DNA of 64,000 bases from Candidatus Neomicrothrix subdominans (lineage in GTDB: Bacteria > Actinomycetota > Acidimicrobiia > Acidimicrobiales > Microtrichaceae): NCBI GenBank assembly GCA_016719385.1, contig JADJZA010000003.1:4161-68160 (forward strand). The letters run 5' to 3'. Shown here in pieces: positions 17,753 through 26,989 of the stretch (position 1 is the stretch's first letter; every line of letters starts with the position of its first letter). The notes beneath the pieces were generated by a model. It was not told the origin of the DNA. It did not search any database and saw only the letters and a program-made list of their open reading frames with translations. A program made the translations under genes and the position numbers.

Positions 17753-18675
17753 ACTCGCTCTACCAACAAGTTGAGGACTATCTGAGCGTGCGTCGAGCGT
17801 TGGGTTTCAAGCTGGTCGCGCACGGCAACCTGCTGGTCGACTTTGTTGACCAGCTGGACCAGACCGGGACATCGGCACTGACCATCGAGGCCGCTTTGGC
17901 CTGGGCAACCAAACCCCAAGGAGTGCAGCCCTACCGTTGGAAACAACGCCTCACGGTGATCCGCGGGTTCGCCATCTACCTGAACGCACTGGACCCCGCC
18001 ACAGAGGTGCCGCCAGCCGATCTGCTGGCCTACCGGCGTCAACGCCCCACGCCCTACCTGTTCTCCGATGCTGACATCGCGGCGTTGTTGGCTGCCGCCG
18101 GCGACCTCGGCAACGCGCCGCGTGCGGCGACTTACCGCACCTTGTTCGGGCTGATCGCGGCGACGGGGATGCGTTGCGGTGAAGCTCTGGCCCTCGACCG
18201 CGACGATGTCGATCTTGATACCGGTGTGCTCACCATCAGGCTGACGAAGTTCAACAAATCCCGTCGGGTTCCGTTGCATCGCTCCACGCTCGCCGCTGTT
18301 CGCGGCCACCTCGACGAGCGAGACCGGCTCTATCCCCGGCCTGTGCAGCCGAGCTTGTTCGTCTCCACGACCGGCACCAGACTCGCTGACCGGCGTGTAC
18401 GGGCGGTCTTCGCCGACCTCGTCGACCAGTCCGGCCTCAAACCGCGTTTCGGGTCCGGCCGCCCGACGATTCACAGCCTGAGACATAGTTTCGCGGTCGC
18501 CACTCTCCTCGATTGGTATCGCGACGGGGCCGATGTCGCCTCCAGGATGCCGTTGCTGTCCGCTTACCTCGGCCATGTGAGCCCGGCATCGACCTACTGG
18601 TATTTGCAGGCCACACCCGAGCTGCTTTCACTCGCGGCCCAAAGGCTCGAAGCGCCTGTGGGGGTGTGTTCATGA
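17749..18675 (+). CDS. ritB: Tyrosine recombinase, RIT subunit B
   Basis: 308 aa with GMRCGEALAL, HSLRHSFA and LGHVSPASTYWY motifs. Its stop overlaps the ritC start. Confidence 0.7.
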   Translation: MNSLYQQVEDYLSVRRALGFKLVAHGNLLVDFVDQLDQTGTSALTIEAALAWATKPQGVQPYRWKQRLTVIRGFAIYLNALDPATEVPPADLLAYRRQRPTPYLFSDADIAALLAAAGDLGNAPRAATYRTLFGLIAATGMRCGEALALDRDDVDLDTGVLTIRLTKFNKSRRVPLHRSTLAAVRGHLDERDRLYPRPVQPSLFVSTTGTRLADRRVRAVFADLVDQSGLKPRFGSGRPTIHSLRHSFAVATLLDWYRDGADVASRMPLLSAYLGHVSPASTYWYLQATPELLSLAAQRLEAPVGVCS

Positions 18676-19659
18676 GCGCTGTCGCCCCGACCATCGAGTC
18701 GTTCTTCACTGACCGGCTCATCACCCAACGAGATGCCAGCCCGCACACCATTGGCTCCTACCGGGACACGTTTCGTCTACTGCTCGGCTTTGCCCACGAC
18801 CGCACCGGCAAGGCACCGTCACAACTCGATTTCGTCGATCTTGACGCCACGCTCGTCGCAGCCTTTCTGACCCACCTCGAGCGGGATCGACACAACAGCG
18901 TGGCCACCCGAAACGCCCGGCTGTCGGCGATCCGCTCGATGTTCGGCTACGCCGCGCTGCGCCATCCCGAACACGCCGAGCTGATCCGGCGGGTACTTGC
19001 CATGCCAGCCAAACGCTCCGATCAGACCATCGTGTGCTACCTCACCTCGGGCGAGGTCGACGCGCTCCTCGCCGCACCCGACCAGACCACCTGGATCGGA
19101 CGGCGTGACCACGCTTTGCTCCTCGTTGCTGTCCAGACCGGGCTGCGTGTCTCGGAAATCACCGGACTGGTCTGGGGTGCGCGCACCTCGGCGTCGGCGC
19201 TCACGTCCGCTGCCGAGGCAAAGGTCGCAAGCACAGGGCCACACCACTGACTGCTCAAACCGTTGACACGCTCCGGGTGTGGCTCCGCAAAGCTGCGGCA
19301 ATCCCGACGACCCGTTGTTCCCGAGTCGACGAGGTGGGCCGCTCAGTTCCGACGCTGTTGGCTGGCTCACGGCCAAGTACGCGAAAGCGGCAAGCGATGC
19401 CGGCTCGTCGATCGCCAGCAAGCACGTCACCCCACACGTGCTTCGCCACACCGCAGCCATGAATCTGCTCCAAAGCGGGGTCGACGTGTCGGTGATAGCG
19501 CTCTGGCTGGGCCACGAGCACATCCAGACAACCCAGATCTACCTTCACGCCGACCTCGCGCTGAAAGAACGAGCACTCGCCCGCACCGCGCCGGCCAACA
19601 CGGTCGCTGGCCGATACCGACCCGGCGACGCACTCCTTGCCTTCCTCGAAGCCCTCTGA
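18672..19659 (+). pseudogene. ritC: Tyrosine recombinase, RIT subunit C, two frameshifts
   Basis: MSAVAPTIESFFTDRL... runs to ..ITGLVWGA. Frame 2 reads LGVGAHVRCRGKGRKHRATPLTAQTVDTLRVWLRKAA. Frame 3 reads GNPDDPLFPSRRGGPLSSDAV...HVLRHTAAM...LGHEHIQTTQIYLHAD. The intact paralogue is 22921..23913. Confidence 0.7.
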
Positions 19660-19752
19660 TTATGTCGAGCAGACCCGCCACGATCACCGGTGATACCAGG
19701 GCGAACCCAACAGCCGAGACCGCTACTCGACATAATCGTCTACTCGACATAA
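19658..19752 (-). repeat. RIT1 right terminal inverted repeat
   Basis: Reverse complement matches 16362-16456. Overlaps the ritC stop codon. Confidence 0.85.
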
Positions 19753-19789
19753 CCACCGCATCCGGCTCTCCACGAGCCCGTGCCGCTGG

Positions 19790-21217
19790 TCAGGCGGCGA
19801 TGATGGTCTGGTCCCACGGTGTCGGGATCTTCGTTCCGCGGTAGCGGTAACGGGTGATCGGCACTGCTCGGCAATCGAACAGTGAGACACCGTCGTGCTC
19901 TGGCCACCAATTGTTGGCCAGGTAGCGCCGTTTCAGCCACTGCCAGGTGGCACGTTTGTGTTTCCGTCGTAGCCAATGCACGATCCTGAGCCAGGTGAAC
20001 TGGTGCAGGTGAGAAAAGGTTCGACTCGACACGCCGTGCCGGAAGTAGCCGGTCCAGCCCCGCAGCACCTGGTTGATGCGACGGAGCATTTCGGACAGGG
20101 GCTGGTTCGTGCCCATTTTCGTGATCGCCTTCACTTTGGCCCGGATCGAAGCCAGAGACTTCGACGATGGCCAGGTGTAGACGTATCGCTTGTTCGAGCC
20201 CTGTTGGCGTTGCCGCTGGATGCGGAACCCCAGGAAGTCGAACCCCTCGTCGATGTGAGCGGTCAGCGTCTTGTGTTCCGACAGGCGTAAGCCCATCGGA
20301 GCGAGCACCGCTGCAACCTCACCCCGCAGTTCCTTGGCGTGAGCCTCGGTGCCAGCCACCATCACCACGAAGTCGTCGGCATATCGCACGAGACGATATG
20401 TGGCTCCTCCATGGTTGCGGCGGGTGGCCCGCTGGGTTCGGGTGGCCATGTCACGCTCCCAAGCCTCGGCGAAATGATCGTCGAGAACTGATAGCGCAAT
20501 GTTGGCCAGCAACGGCGACAAGATGCCGCCCTGGGGTGTGCCCATCTTGGTGTCCCTGGTGACGCCGTCCTCGGAAAGAACTCCGGCACACAAGAACGCC
20601 TTGATCAACGCCACAACACGACGGTCTCCAATCCGTTCCCGCACCCGACCCAGAAGGGCCCGATGCGAGATCTCGTCGAAGCACGCCTCGATGTCACCTT
20701 CGAGCACCCACTCGTAACGATTGGATGCCAGCATGTGGATCTCAGCGATCGCGTCATGGGGTCGACGAAACGGACGGAACCCGTAGGAACACGGGTGGAA
20801 GTCCGCCTCGAAGATCGGCTCGAGGACCAGCTTCAAGCTGGCCTGCACAACCCGGTCCCGGACCGAAGGGATGCCCAAACGCCGGAGCTTGCCCGACGCC
20901 TTTGGGATCATCTGCTCCTTGACCGGGAGCGGTTCGAAACTGCTGGCTTTGAGCTCCGCTCGCAGCCTGTGCAGCATCGCTTCCCCGAAGACAATGGAAC
21001 GTGCAGTGACGCCATCGACCCCAGCAGATCGTGCTCCTCGATTCCCTCTCACCCGATCCCACGCAACCAACAGAAACGCAGGATCGGCAACAAGGTTAAA
21101 CAGGTCATCGAACCGACGACCGTCGTCGTCGTTTGACCATTGGTGCAGCTTGGTCTGGATACCCAGTACCCGCATCCGAGCCTCATCGAGGCTCGGCCAC
21201 AGATCACCAGTATTCAC
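19790..21217 (-). CDS. Group II intron reverse transcriptase/maturase
   Basis: RT motifs including RYADDFVVMV (YADD) and a maturase X-like C-terminus (LRGWTGYFRH). The GTG at 21217 corresponds to the start of the truncated copy at 184. Confidence 0.8.
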   Translation of the reverse strand: MNTGDLWPSLDEARMRVLGIQTKLHQWSNDDDGRRFDDLFNLVADPAFLLVAWDRVRGNRGARSAGVDGVTARSIVFGEAMLHRLRAELKASSFEPLPVKEQMIPKASGKLRRLGIPSVRDRVVQASLKLVLEPIFEADFHPCSYGFRPFRRPHDAIAEIHMLASNRYEWVLEGDIEACFDEISHRALLGRVRERIGDRRVVALIKAFLCAGVLSEDGVTRDTKMGTPQGGILSPLLANIALSVLDDHFAEAWERDMATRTQRATRRNHGGATYRLVRYADDFVVMVAGTEAHAKELRGEVAAVLAPMGLRLSEHKTLTAHIDEGFDFLGFRIQRQRQQGSNKRYVYTWPSSKSLASIRAKVKAITKMGTNQPLSEMLRRINQVLRGWTGYFRHGVSSRTFSHLHQFTWLRIVHWLRRKHKRATWQWLKRRYLANNWWPEHDGVSLFDCRAVPITRYRYRGTKIPTPWDQTIIAA

Positions 21218-21828
21218 CGGCGCACTCCTGGCATTCCGTCGCATCGACTGCGAACTCGCTGGGCCCCTTCGCCATGTAGACGGCTTTCCCGCCCTCGGAC
21301 TACTACGGGCCCTCCGCCCCAACCCGGAGCCGTCAGCCGACGGTGAGCCTGCCCGCCGACCAGACCGATGCTGGCCGGGAAGGGCGACCCCGAGATGGTT
21401 CCCACGTTCACTGTGTCTCGGTTGACAGGACCGGCGCCCAGCTCTGCCGCTACAGCCTCGCTACCACCGAACCCGCAGCACTGCGGTGATGGCCTCCCCA
21501 CCGACATCAATAATCGGCTTCGGAGTCGACGACCTCCCGAAAGGAGATCACCGTGCACTGTTACCCGGCCCAGATCCGCCAGGTTCGAGCCGGTTCCACG
21601 CTTAAGCGGGTTCAACCACTGGTTCACTCTCGTTACACCTCTCTGTCTCGCTTGCCGGACCCGCTGCCATCTGGCAGTACTGGCTACGCCCCGGCTTTGT
21701 CACCGCTGCTTCCCGCCCTCACCCACACCTCTGGGATCAGGCTGCAGTCAGCTTCACCGATCTGCTACGACAGACCAGCAGGGAGGGTCTCTCACCCTCC
21801 CCCGAACACACAGCGCCTCGTGGCGCAC

Positions 21829-22512
21829 CATGACGACATGGAACGGGTCCCAACAGATCGTCGCGTTGGTGGCTTTGCGGGTCGCTGCGGGGTAGGCGTA
21901 GGCCATGTCCATCGAGACCGCTTCGATCTTCTTGCAGCGTTCCGGGCCGAGCAGCTCGTAGAAGCGTCCGAGGGTGGCAGCGTTCTTGCCTTCCCCGACC
22001 CAGAGGGTCGCACCCGAGGTTTGGTCGACGACGATGGTGAGGAACCGGTGGCCTTTCGCATAGGAGATCTCGTCGACACCGAGGCGGGTGAGCCCGTCGA
22101 AGCGGGCATCGGTGAGCTGCTCGGCAACAACCCGGCTGATGATCGTTGTGACGGTCTCCCAGTCGACCCGTAGTGCGGTTGCGACGGTGGTCCGGTCGGA
22201 TCGTTGGGTCCACCAGGCGACGAGTTGTTCGAACTCGATGGTGTGGCGTGCGCGGGGCCTGGCCCACGGGATGTCCTCGATGACCACCCGGCCACACGAC
22301 CGGCATGAGAGCCTGCGGATCTCTCCTTGGAGAACGGTTTTCATGCCGAAGCAGTCGAGGTGTCGCCAGCGGCGTGTCGAGCGGCTGTGGACCACCCGGG
22401 TGGACCATCCGCACGGGCACCGCAGCAGCGGTCGGGTGTGGCGAATATCGAGGATCACGGTGCCGTTGCCGACGGTCACATTGGTGACGGTGAGTGCGGG
22501 AAGGGCGAGCAT
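21829..22512 (-). pseudogene. ISL3 transposase, 5' part upstream of the intron
   Basis: MLALPALTVTNV...RCPCGWST...FGMKTVLQGEIRRLSCRSCGRV...LGVDEISYAKGHRFLTIVVD...ICWDPFHVVM, then the intron GTGCG. Confidence 0.7.
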
Positions 22513-22709
22513 CTTGTTGAATGAAGTGGTGGCGCGCACGGGCGTGTATCTCCGGGATCGGTTGGCGTAGGAACCGCCGAACCTAGATGCGCGACCCGTG
22601 TACGCCACACAACCACGTTCAACCCGGCGAAGTTCCCTGCAATACCAACAGATTCAGGCTGTTTCCGACCCTTTTCGCTTCACAGAAATGCCAGGAGAAC
22701 CCAGGTTCT

Positions 22710-22809
22710 TGAGGAAGTCGAGGGTGCTGGTGTCGGGCTGGTAGCGGCCGGGGCTGGTGTTGGGTGGTGTGGTCCGGTCGAGGGCTTCTTCTTTGGTGGT
22801 CATGTCGGC
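22710..22809 (-). pseudogene. C-terminal fragment of a third ritC-like recombinase
   Basis: The reverse strand reads ADMTTKEEALDRTTPPNTSPGRYQPDTSTLDFLKNL. This parallels ritC2 QADMTTKQRALELTKPDSTPPGRYQPPDAVLAFLESL. The stop lies across the ISL3 insertion at 15428-15430. Confidence 0.6.
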
Positions 22810-22920
22810 GTGCTATGCCGACATCGGCATAGCACGCACTATGCCGACACCGCGACTATGCCGACCTTTCGGTGGGTGGCTGGTGGTGGCGTGTTGTCCA
22901 GGTGTGTGTGGTCGGCATAG

Positions 22921-23913
22921 TTACAGGCTTTCGAGGAACGCCAGCACTGCGTCGGGGGGCTGGTAGCGCCCTGGCGGTGTTGAGTCTGGTTTGGTCAGCT
23001 CGAGTGCTCTTTGTTTGGTTGTCATGTCGGCCTGCAGGTAGACGTTCGTTGAGCGGAGGTCGGCATGGCCGAGCCAGAGCGCGATGACGGCGGTGTCGAC
23101 TCCGGCTTGGAGGAGTGCCATGGCGCAGCTGTGGCGCAGGGCGTGGGGGTGGAGCCGTTTGTTGCGCAGCGACGGGCACCGGTCGGCGGCCACATCGGCG
23201 TGTTTGCGGACCAATCGCTGGACAGCGTCTGAGCTCAACGGTCGACCTGTGCGGGTCGGGAAGAGCGGTTCACCGGGTTGGCCGCCGCGTTCTGCCATCC
23301 AACCGGCGAGGGTCGCCGCTGTCCCGGTGTTGAGGGGCACGGCTCGTTGCTTGCGGCCTTTGCCGTTCTCGCAGTGGACACTCGCGCCGGTGCCAAGGGT
23401 GACGTTGTCGCAGTTCAACCCGGTGAGCTCGGAGACACGCAGACCGGTTCTGACCGCGACGAGGAGCAGCGACCGGTCTCTGCGGCCTTCCCAACGGTCC
23501 AGGTCGGGTGCGTCAACGAGCGCGTCGATCTCCTCGGCGGTGAGGAACGACACCAGCGCCCGTTCGAAGCGTTTGGGTGGTATTGCCAGGACGCGTTGGA
23601 ACGTTGCTGCGTGTTCGGGGTGCTGTAGGGAGGAGTAGCTGACCAGTGAACGGATAGCGGTCAGACGCAGGTTCCGGGTTCTGGGGCTGTTGTGACGTTC
23701 GGTCTCGAGACTGTCGAGAAAACCGCCGATCAGTGTCTCGTCAAGGTCGGCCCAGTCAAGGCGGGCCGGGGTCTTGCCGGTGTGTTCCTGTGCGTACGTG
23801 AGGAGCATCCGCAACGAATCACGGTAGGAGCCGATCGTTGCCGGGCTTGCGTGTTGTTGCTTGACGAGCCGGTCGGTGAAGAAGCTTTCCAGGGTGGGGG
23901 CGATCAGGCTCAT
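22921..23913 (-). CDS. ritC: Tyrosine recombinase, RIT subunit C
   Basis: Intact ORF with HALRHSCAM...LGHADLRSTNVYLQAD. The ATG at 23913 overlaps the ritB stop (TAATG). Confidence 0.7.
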   Translation of the reverse strand: MSLIAPTLESFFTDRLVKQQHASPATIGSYRDSLRMLLTYAQEHTGKTPARLDWADLDETLIGGFLDSLETERHNSPRTRNLRLTAIRSLVSYSSLQHPEHAATFQRVLAIPPKRFERALVSFLTAEEIDALVDAPDLDRWEGRRDRSLLLVAVRTGLRVSELTGLNCDNVTLGTGASVHCENGKGRKQRAVPLNTGTAATLAGWMAERGGQPGEPLFPTRTGRPLSSDAVQRLVRKHADVAADRCPSLRNKRLHPHALRHSCAMALLQAGVDTAVIALWLGHADLRSTNVYLQADMTTKQRALELTKPDSTPPGRYQPPDAVLAFLESL

Positions 23914-24839
23914 TAGCAAAGCACCTCCCGGTTCAGGTCCATACGGGTGACGGCCAACGCCAACAGTTCGGGGACAGCGGACAAATACCAGTACGTCGAG
24001 CGGGGATCTTCGTGGCCCAAGTAGACCGACAAGGTCGGAAGGAGGGCCTCAACGTCTGCGTCTTCCTGATACCACTTCAACAACGTCCGGACAGCGAACG
24101 TATGTCTGACATCATGAATTCTCGGCCGGATCGACGATCCCGCTCCGACCCCCGAGAGGTCACAGAAGCGTCGGAAGGCCAGCCGGAACGGTTGGTAGAG
24201 CAGCCTGGTGCCCCGCATGGAAACGAAGAATGCTGGTGTCGACGGTTGGAGGCAGAGCCGGTCGCGGGTCTCCGCGTAGTCCGCCAGCGCGGCCATGGTG
24301 GACCCCAGCAGTGGGATGTTGCGGGACTTCCCGAACTTGGCCGTGGAGATGGTGAGGACGGCGTCGTCCCATGCGATGTCGTCGCGGTTCAGCCCGATCA
24401 CCTCGCCGACCCGCATGCCGGTGGCGGCCAGAAGACCGATCACGGTTTCCCAGGTTGCCGCGGGTAGCCGCCAACGACATCGGCGAGTCTCGGCCATGAG
24501 CGCGGCGATGTCCTCGGGGCTGTAGACGAACGGTGGCCGCCACCGCTGATGGTTCGGGATCAGACCGGGCGGTGGGACTTCGGTGCGCTCGTCGAGGGCG
24601 GCCATGTGGCGGGCGAACCCTCGGGCCACCATCATCCGATGGGACCAAACAGTGCTGGTGGGTGATACGTCCGGGGCCTGTGCCCAGGCCAGCGCGGCGG
24701 CCACGGTAACGGTCGGCTCACCGACCGAATCGAGGTAGGCGACAAACCGTGGCAGCAGCCGGTGTGCCTCGACAAGGTCATGGCCGAACGAACGGCGCAG
24801 TGCCAGGTACTCATCTGCGATGTCCGACAAGGCGCTCAT
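23913..24839 (-). CDS. ritB: Tyrosine recombinase, RIT subunit B
   Basis: Parallel to 17749..18675 (GMRVGEVIGL, HDVRHTFA, LGHEDPRSTYWY). ATGA overlap with the ritA stop at 24836-24839. Confidence 0.7.
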   Translation of the reverse strand: MSALSDIADEYLALRRSFGHDLVEAHRLLPRFVAYLDSVGEPTVTVAAALAWAQAPDVSPTSTVWSHRMMVARGFARHMAALDERTEVPPPGLIPNHQRWRPPFVYSPEDIAALMAETRRCRWRLPAATWETVIGLLAATGMRVGEVIGLNRDDIAWDDAVLTISTAKFGKSRNIPLLGSTMAALADYAETRDRLCLQPSTPAFFVSMRGTRLLYQPFRLAFRRFCDLSGVGAGSSIRPRIHDVRHTFAVRTLLKWYQEDADVEALLPTLSVYLGHEDPRSTYWYLSAVPELLALAVTRMDLNREVLC

Positions 24840-25686
24840 CGTCGGGCTCCCGGCCAAGGCTGGGCGACCTGAGCCAACCTGACGAAATCGACTTTGGCGT
24901 AGATGGCGGTGGTGGCCAGATCCCGGTGACGTAACACCTGGCTGACCTCAACCAGTTTGGCTCCATGGGCGAGCAGGTCGGCGGCAAGACCGTGTCGTAG
25001 CCGGTGTGGACCCACCCGATTCACCCCGGCACGACCGCACGCCCGGTAGACAACCTTGGTGAGCAAGCACGCACGGATGGGCACGTGAGGCGCACGCACA
25101 GTCAGGAACACGTGTCGCTCGTTGCTGGCCGGTCGGCCCTGTTGGAGATATCCGACCAGTGCTTGCCCAACATCGGCGGGAATCGGTAGCCGGTCGACAC
25201 GACGGCCCTTGCCCCGCACCATGATCTCTCCGGCACGCCAGTCGATATCGTCCAGCTCCAAACGGGCGACCTCGCACGCGCGAAGCCCGAGACGGGCAAC
25301 GAGCGTCAAGATCGCGAAGTCACGCCGGCCGCCGGACCTGCTCCGATCACAGCCGTCGAGCAACGCCCTCACCTCGACCGGTGACACGCTCTGTGGAATC
25401 CCGGTGTTACGCCAGCCCGCGACGGGAGGCATGGCCGTCCCCAAATCGACCTCGATGATCCGGTCCCAATACAAGAACCGCAGCAACGACCGAAGATCGC
25501 CCGCCTCGCGTTTCGCCGACGCCACGCTGAGGCGACCACACGAATCGAGCAGATAGGTGAACACGTCGGCTGCCTCGAGGCCCTCGGCCCCTGTGCCCCC
25601 AACACGGGCCGCTCGTTCGGTCAGAAAGACCTTGGCCATCCGCACGTAGCGGTCCACCGTCGATGGTGCCAGCCCACGCTCTCTGG
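24836..25686 (-). pseudogene. ritA: Tyrosine recombinase, RIT subunit A, N-terminally truncated
   Basis: The reading frame is open up to the IS3 end (..LTRERGLAPSTVDRYVRMAKVFL). It lacks about 125 N-terminal residues relative to 16520..17752. Confidence 0.65.
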
Positions 25687-26947
25687 TGAGCCCCGCGTTT
25701 CTCGGACAGTGATCTGTGGCAGCCCTTACGCTGCCCGTGCCTTGTCGCGATAGCTGTCATGCACTTCAACCGGTGTCCGGTAACCGATCCCCGAATGAAG
25801 CCTGGAACGATTATACAAATCTCGATCCAATGCGCAATACCCGAAACAGCCTTTCTTCGTGTCGGGAACACTGTCCGATAAACGAACTCGTTCTTCAACG
25901 AAGCAAAAAACGATTCCGCCATAGCATTATCCCAACACACCCCGGTCTTACCCATCGACCCAACCATGTCATTTGACGCAAGGAACGCTTTGAACTCCTC
26001 AGAGGTGTACTGCGCCCCATGATCCGAATGGAATATGGCATTCGACTGAATGCCACCAGCGTCGATCGCGGCCTGCAACGCGTCGGTCACCAGACCGGTG
26101 CGCATATGGTCGGCCATCGCGAACCCGACCACCATCTTCGAGAAACAATCGATCACCGTCGCCAAGTACACCCACCCTTCCCACGTGCGGATATAGGTGA
26201 TATCACCGACCAGCGTCCGCCCGGCTCCGCGGCGGTGAAGTCCCGGTCGACCAAGTCCGCCGTGCTCGGCGTACCGTCAGGGTCGGTCGTTCGCCTGTAT
26301 GGCCTGGGCTGACAGGCAACCATGTCACCCTCGACCATCACCCGACGGACCAGTTCAAGGCGGCAACGATCTTCTTGCGGCCCAGCTCGGCATGGACCCG
26401 ACGGTGCCCGTAGGTGCCATCGGACGCATCGAAGACCTTGCGGACATCGACCGCCAGTTCCTCGCGTCGTTCCGCGGTTGCTGACAGCGGACGTTTCCGC
26501 CAGTCGTAGTAGCCGGACTTCGACACGCCCGCCCACAAACACATCTTGGTGACCGGGTAGTTCGCCTTCTCGCCGTCGATGAACTCGTACTTCGAGATCA
26601 CCGATACTCCTGGGCGAAGAAGGACGCCGCTTTTCCCAAGAACTCGTTTTTCATCCGAAGTTCCCGGTTCTCGGCTTGGAGTTCGCGGAATTGGATACGT
26701 TCGGCTGGGGTCAAAGGGTCCTCCTCGATCGGGTGGGCATCACGGTACTTGTTGACCCACACACCGAGTGTGCCCGGGTTGATGTCCAACTCGTTGGCGA
26801 CCGTGGCGATCGGCCGGGAACCGTCGATCACCATCTTCAGCCTCGGCCTTGAAAGTGTCAGAGTATTTTGTTCGTTTGCGTACCATATTGGATTCCTTTG
26901 TGTCAGTGGATGTTATCAATCACCCACTGTCCGAAATCCTCGGGGCA
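25687..26947 (-). mobile_element. IS3-family insertion sequence, decayed
   Basis: Imperfect terminal inverted repeats: tgagccccgcgtttctcggacagtg (25687-) and cactgtccgaaatcctcggggca (-26947), with TG..CA ends. No matching flanking direct repeat. Confidence 0.65.
25726..26886 (-). pseudogene. IS3 OrfA/OrfB transposase with several frameshifts beyond the usual programmed one
   Basis: OrfA pieces: MVRKRTKYSDTFKAEA / MVIDGSRPIATVANELDINPGTLGVWVNKYR. OrfB pieces: ..DGTYGHRRVHAELG.. / ..DLVDRDFTAAEPG / YLATVIDCFSKMVVGFAM..HSDHGAQYTS..CWDNAMAESFF / YNRSRLHSGIGYRTPVEV. These lie in different frames. Confidence 0.65.
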
Positions 26948-26989
26948 CCCCAGTGGTAGGGGCTCCCTCGTTACCGGACAGATCGCCAG

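Larger units (their letters stand above)
16337..19752 (+). mobile_element. RIT (recombinase-in-trio) element 1
   Basis: Three tandem, overlapping tyrosine recombinase genes between 95-bp inverted repeats. Flanked by the 7-bp direct repeat ccaccgc (16330-16336 and 19753-19759). Confidence 0.75.
16249..21828 (-). mobile_element. Group II intron inserted in the ISL3 transposase gene, itself interrupted by RIT1
   Basis: The 5' end GUGCGCC at 21828 follows the codon ATG of ..DPFHVVM. Domain V is GAGCCGGAUGCGGUGG (19768-19753) plus AAGCCGCACGUCCGGUUC (16329-16312). Domain VI is GGGCCGGAG...CUCCGGCCCG-A-UCUCAC ending at 16249. The exon junction stays in frame (FHVVM|HLNKAV). Confidence 0.75.
15439..22701 (-). 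mobile_element. ISL3-family insertion sequence carrying nested insertions
   Basis: Perfect 21-bp terminal inverted repeats: ggttctcctggcatttctgtg (15439-15459) and cacagaaatgccaggagaacc (22681-22701). Flanked by the 8-bp direct repeat caggttct (15431-15438 and 22702-22709). Confidence 0.8.
22810..25686 (-). mobile_element. RIT element 2, truncated at the ritA end by IS3
   Basis: ritC-ritB-ritA' trio plus a terminal block at 22810-22920. The block holds the palindrome gtgctatgccgacatcggcatagcac and ctatgccgac repeats. Confidence 0.7.

Noticed and set aside
19770-19790. Small hairpin (gggctc gtgga gagcc) after the RT stop as a stand-alone terminator or as domain V
   Set aside because: It has only a 5-bp stem. 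The true domain V is reconstructed from 19753-19768 plus 16312-16329 once the RIT is removed.
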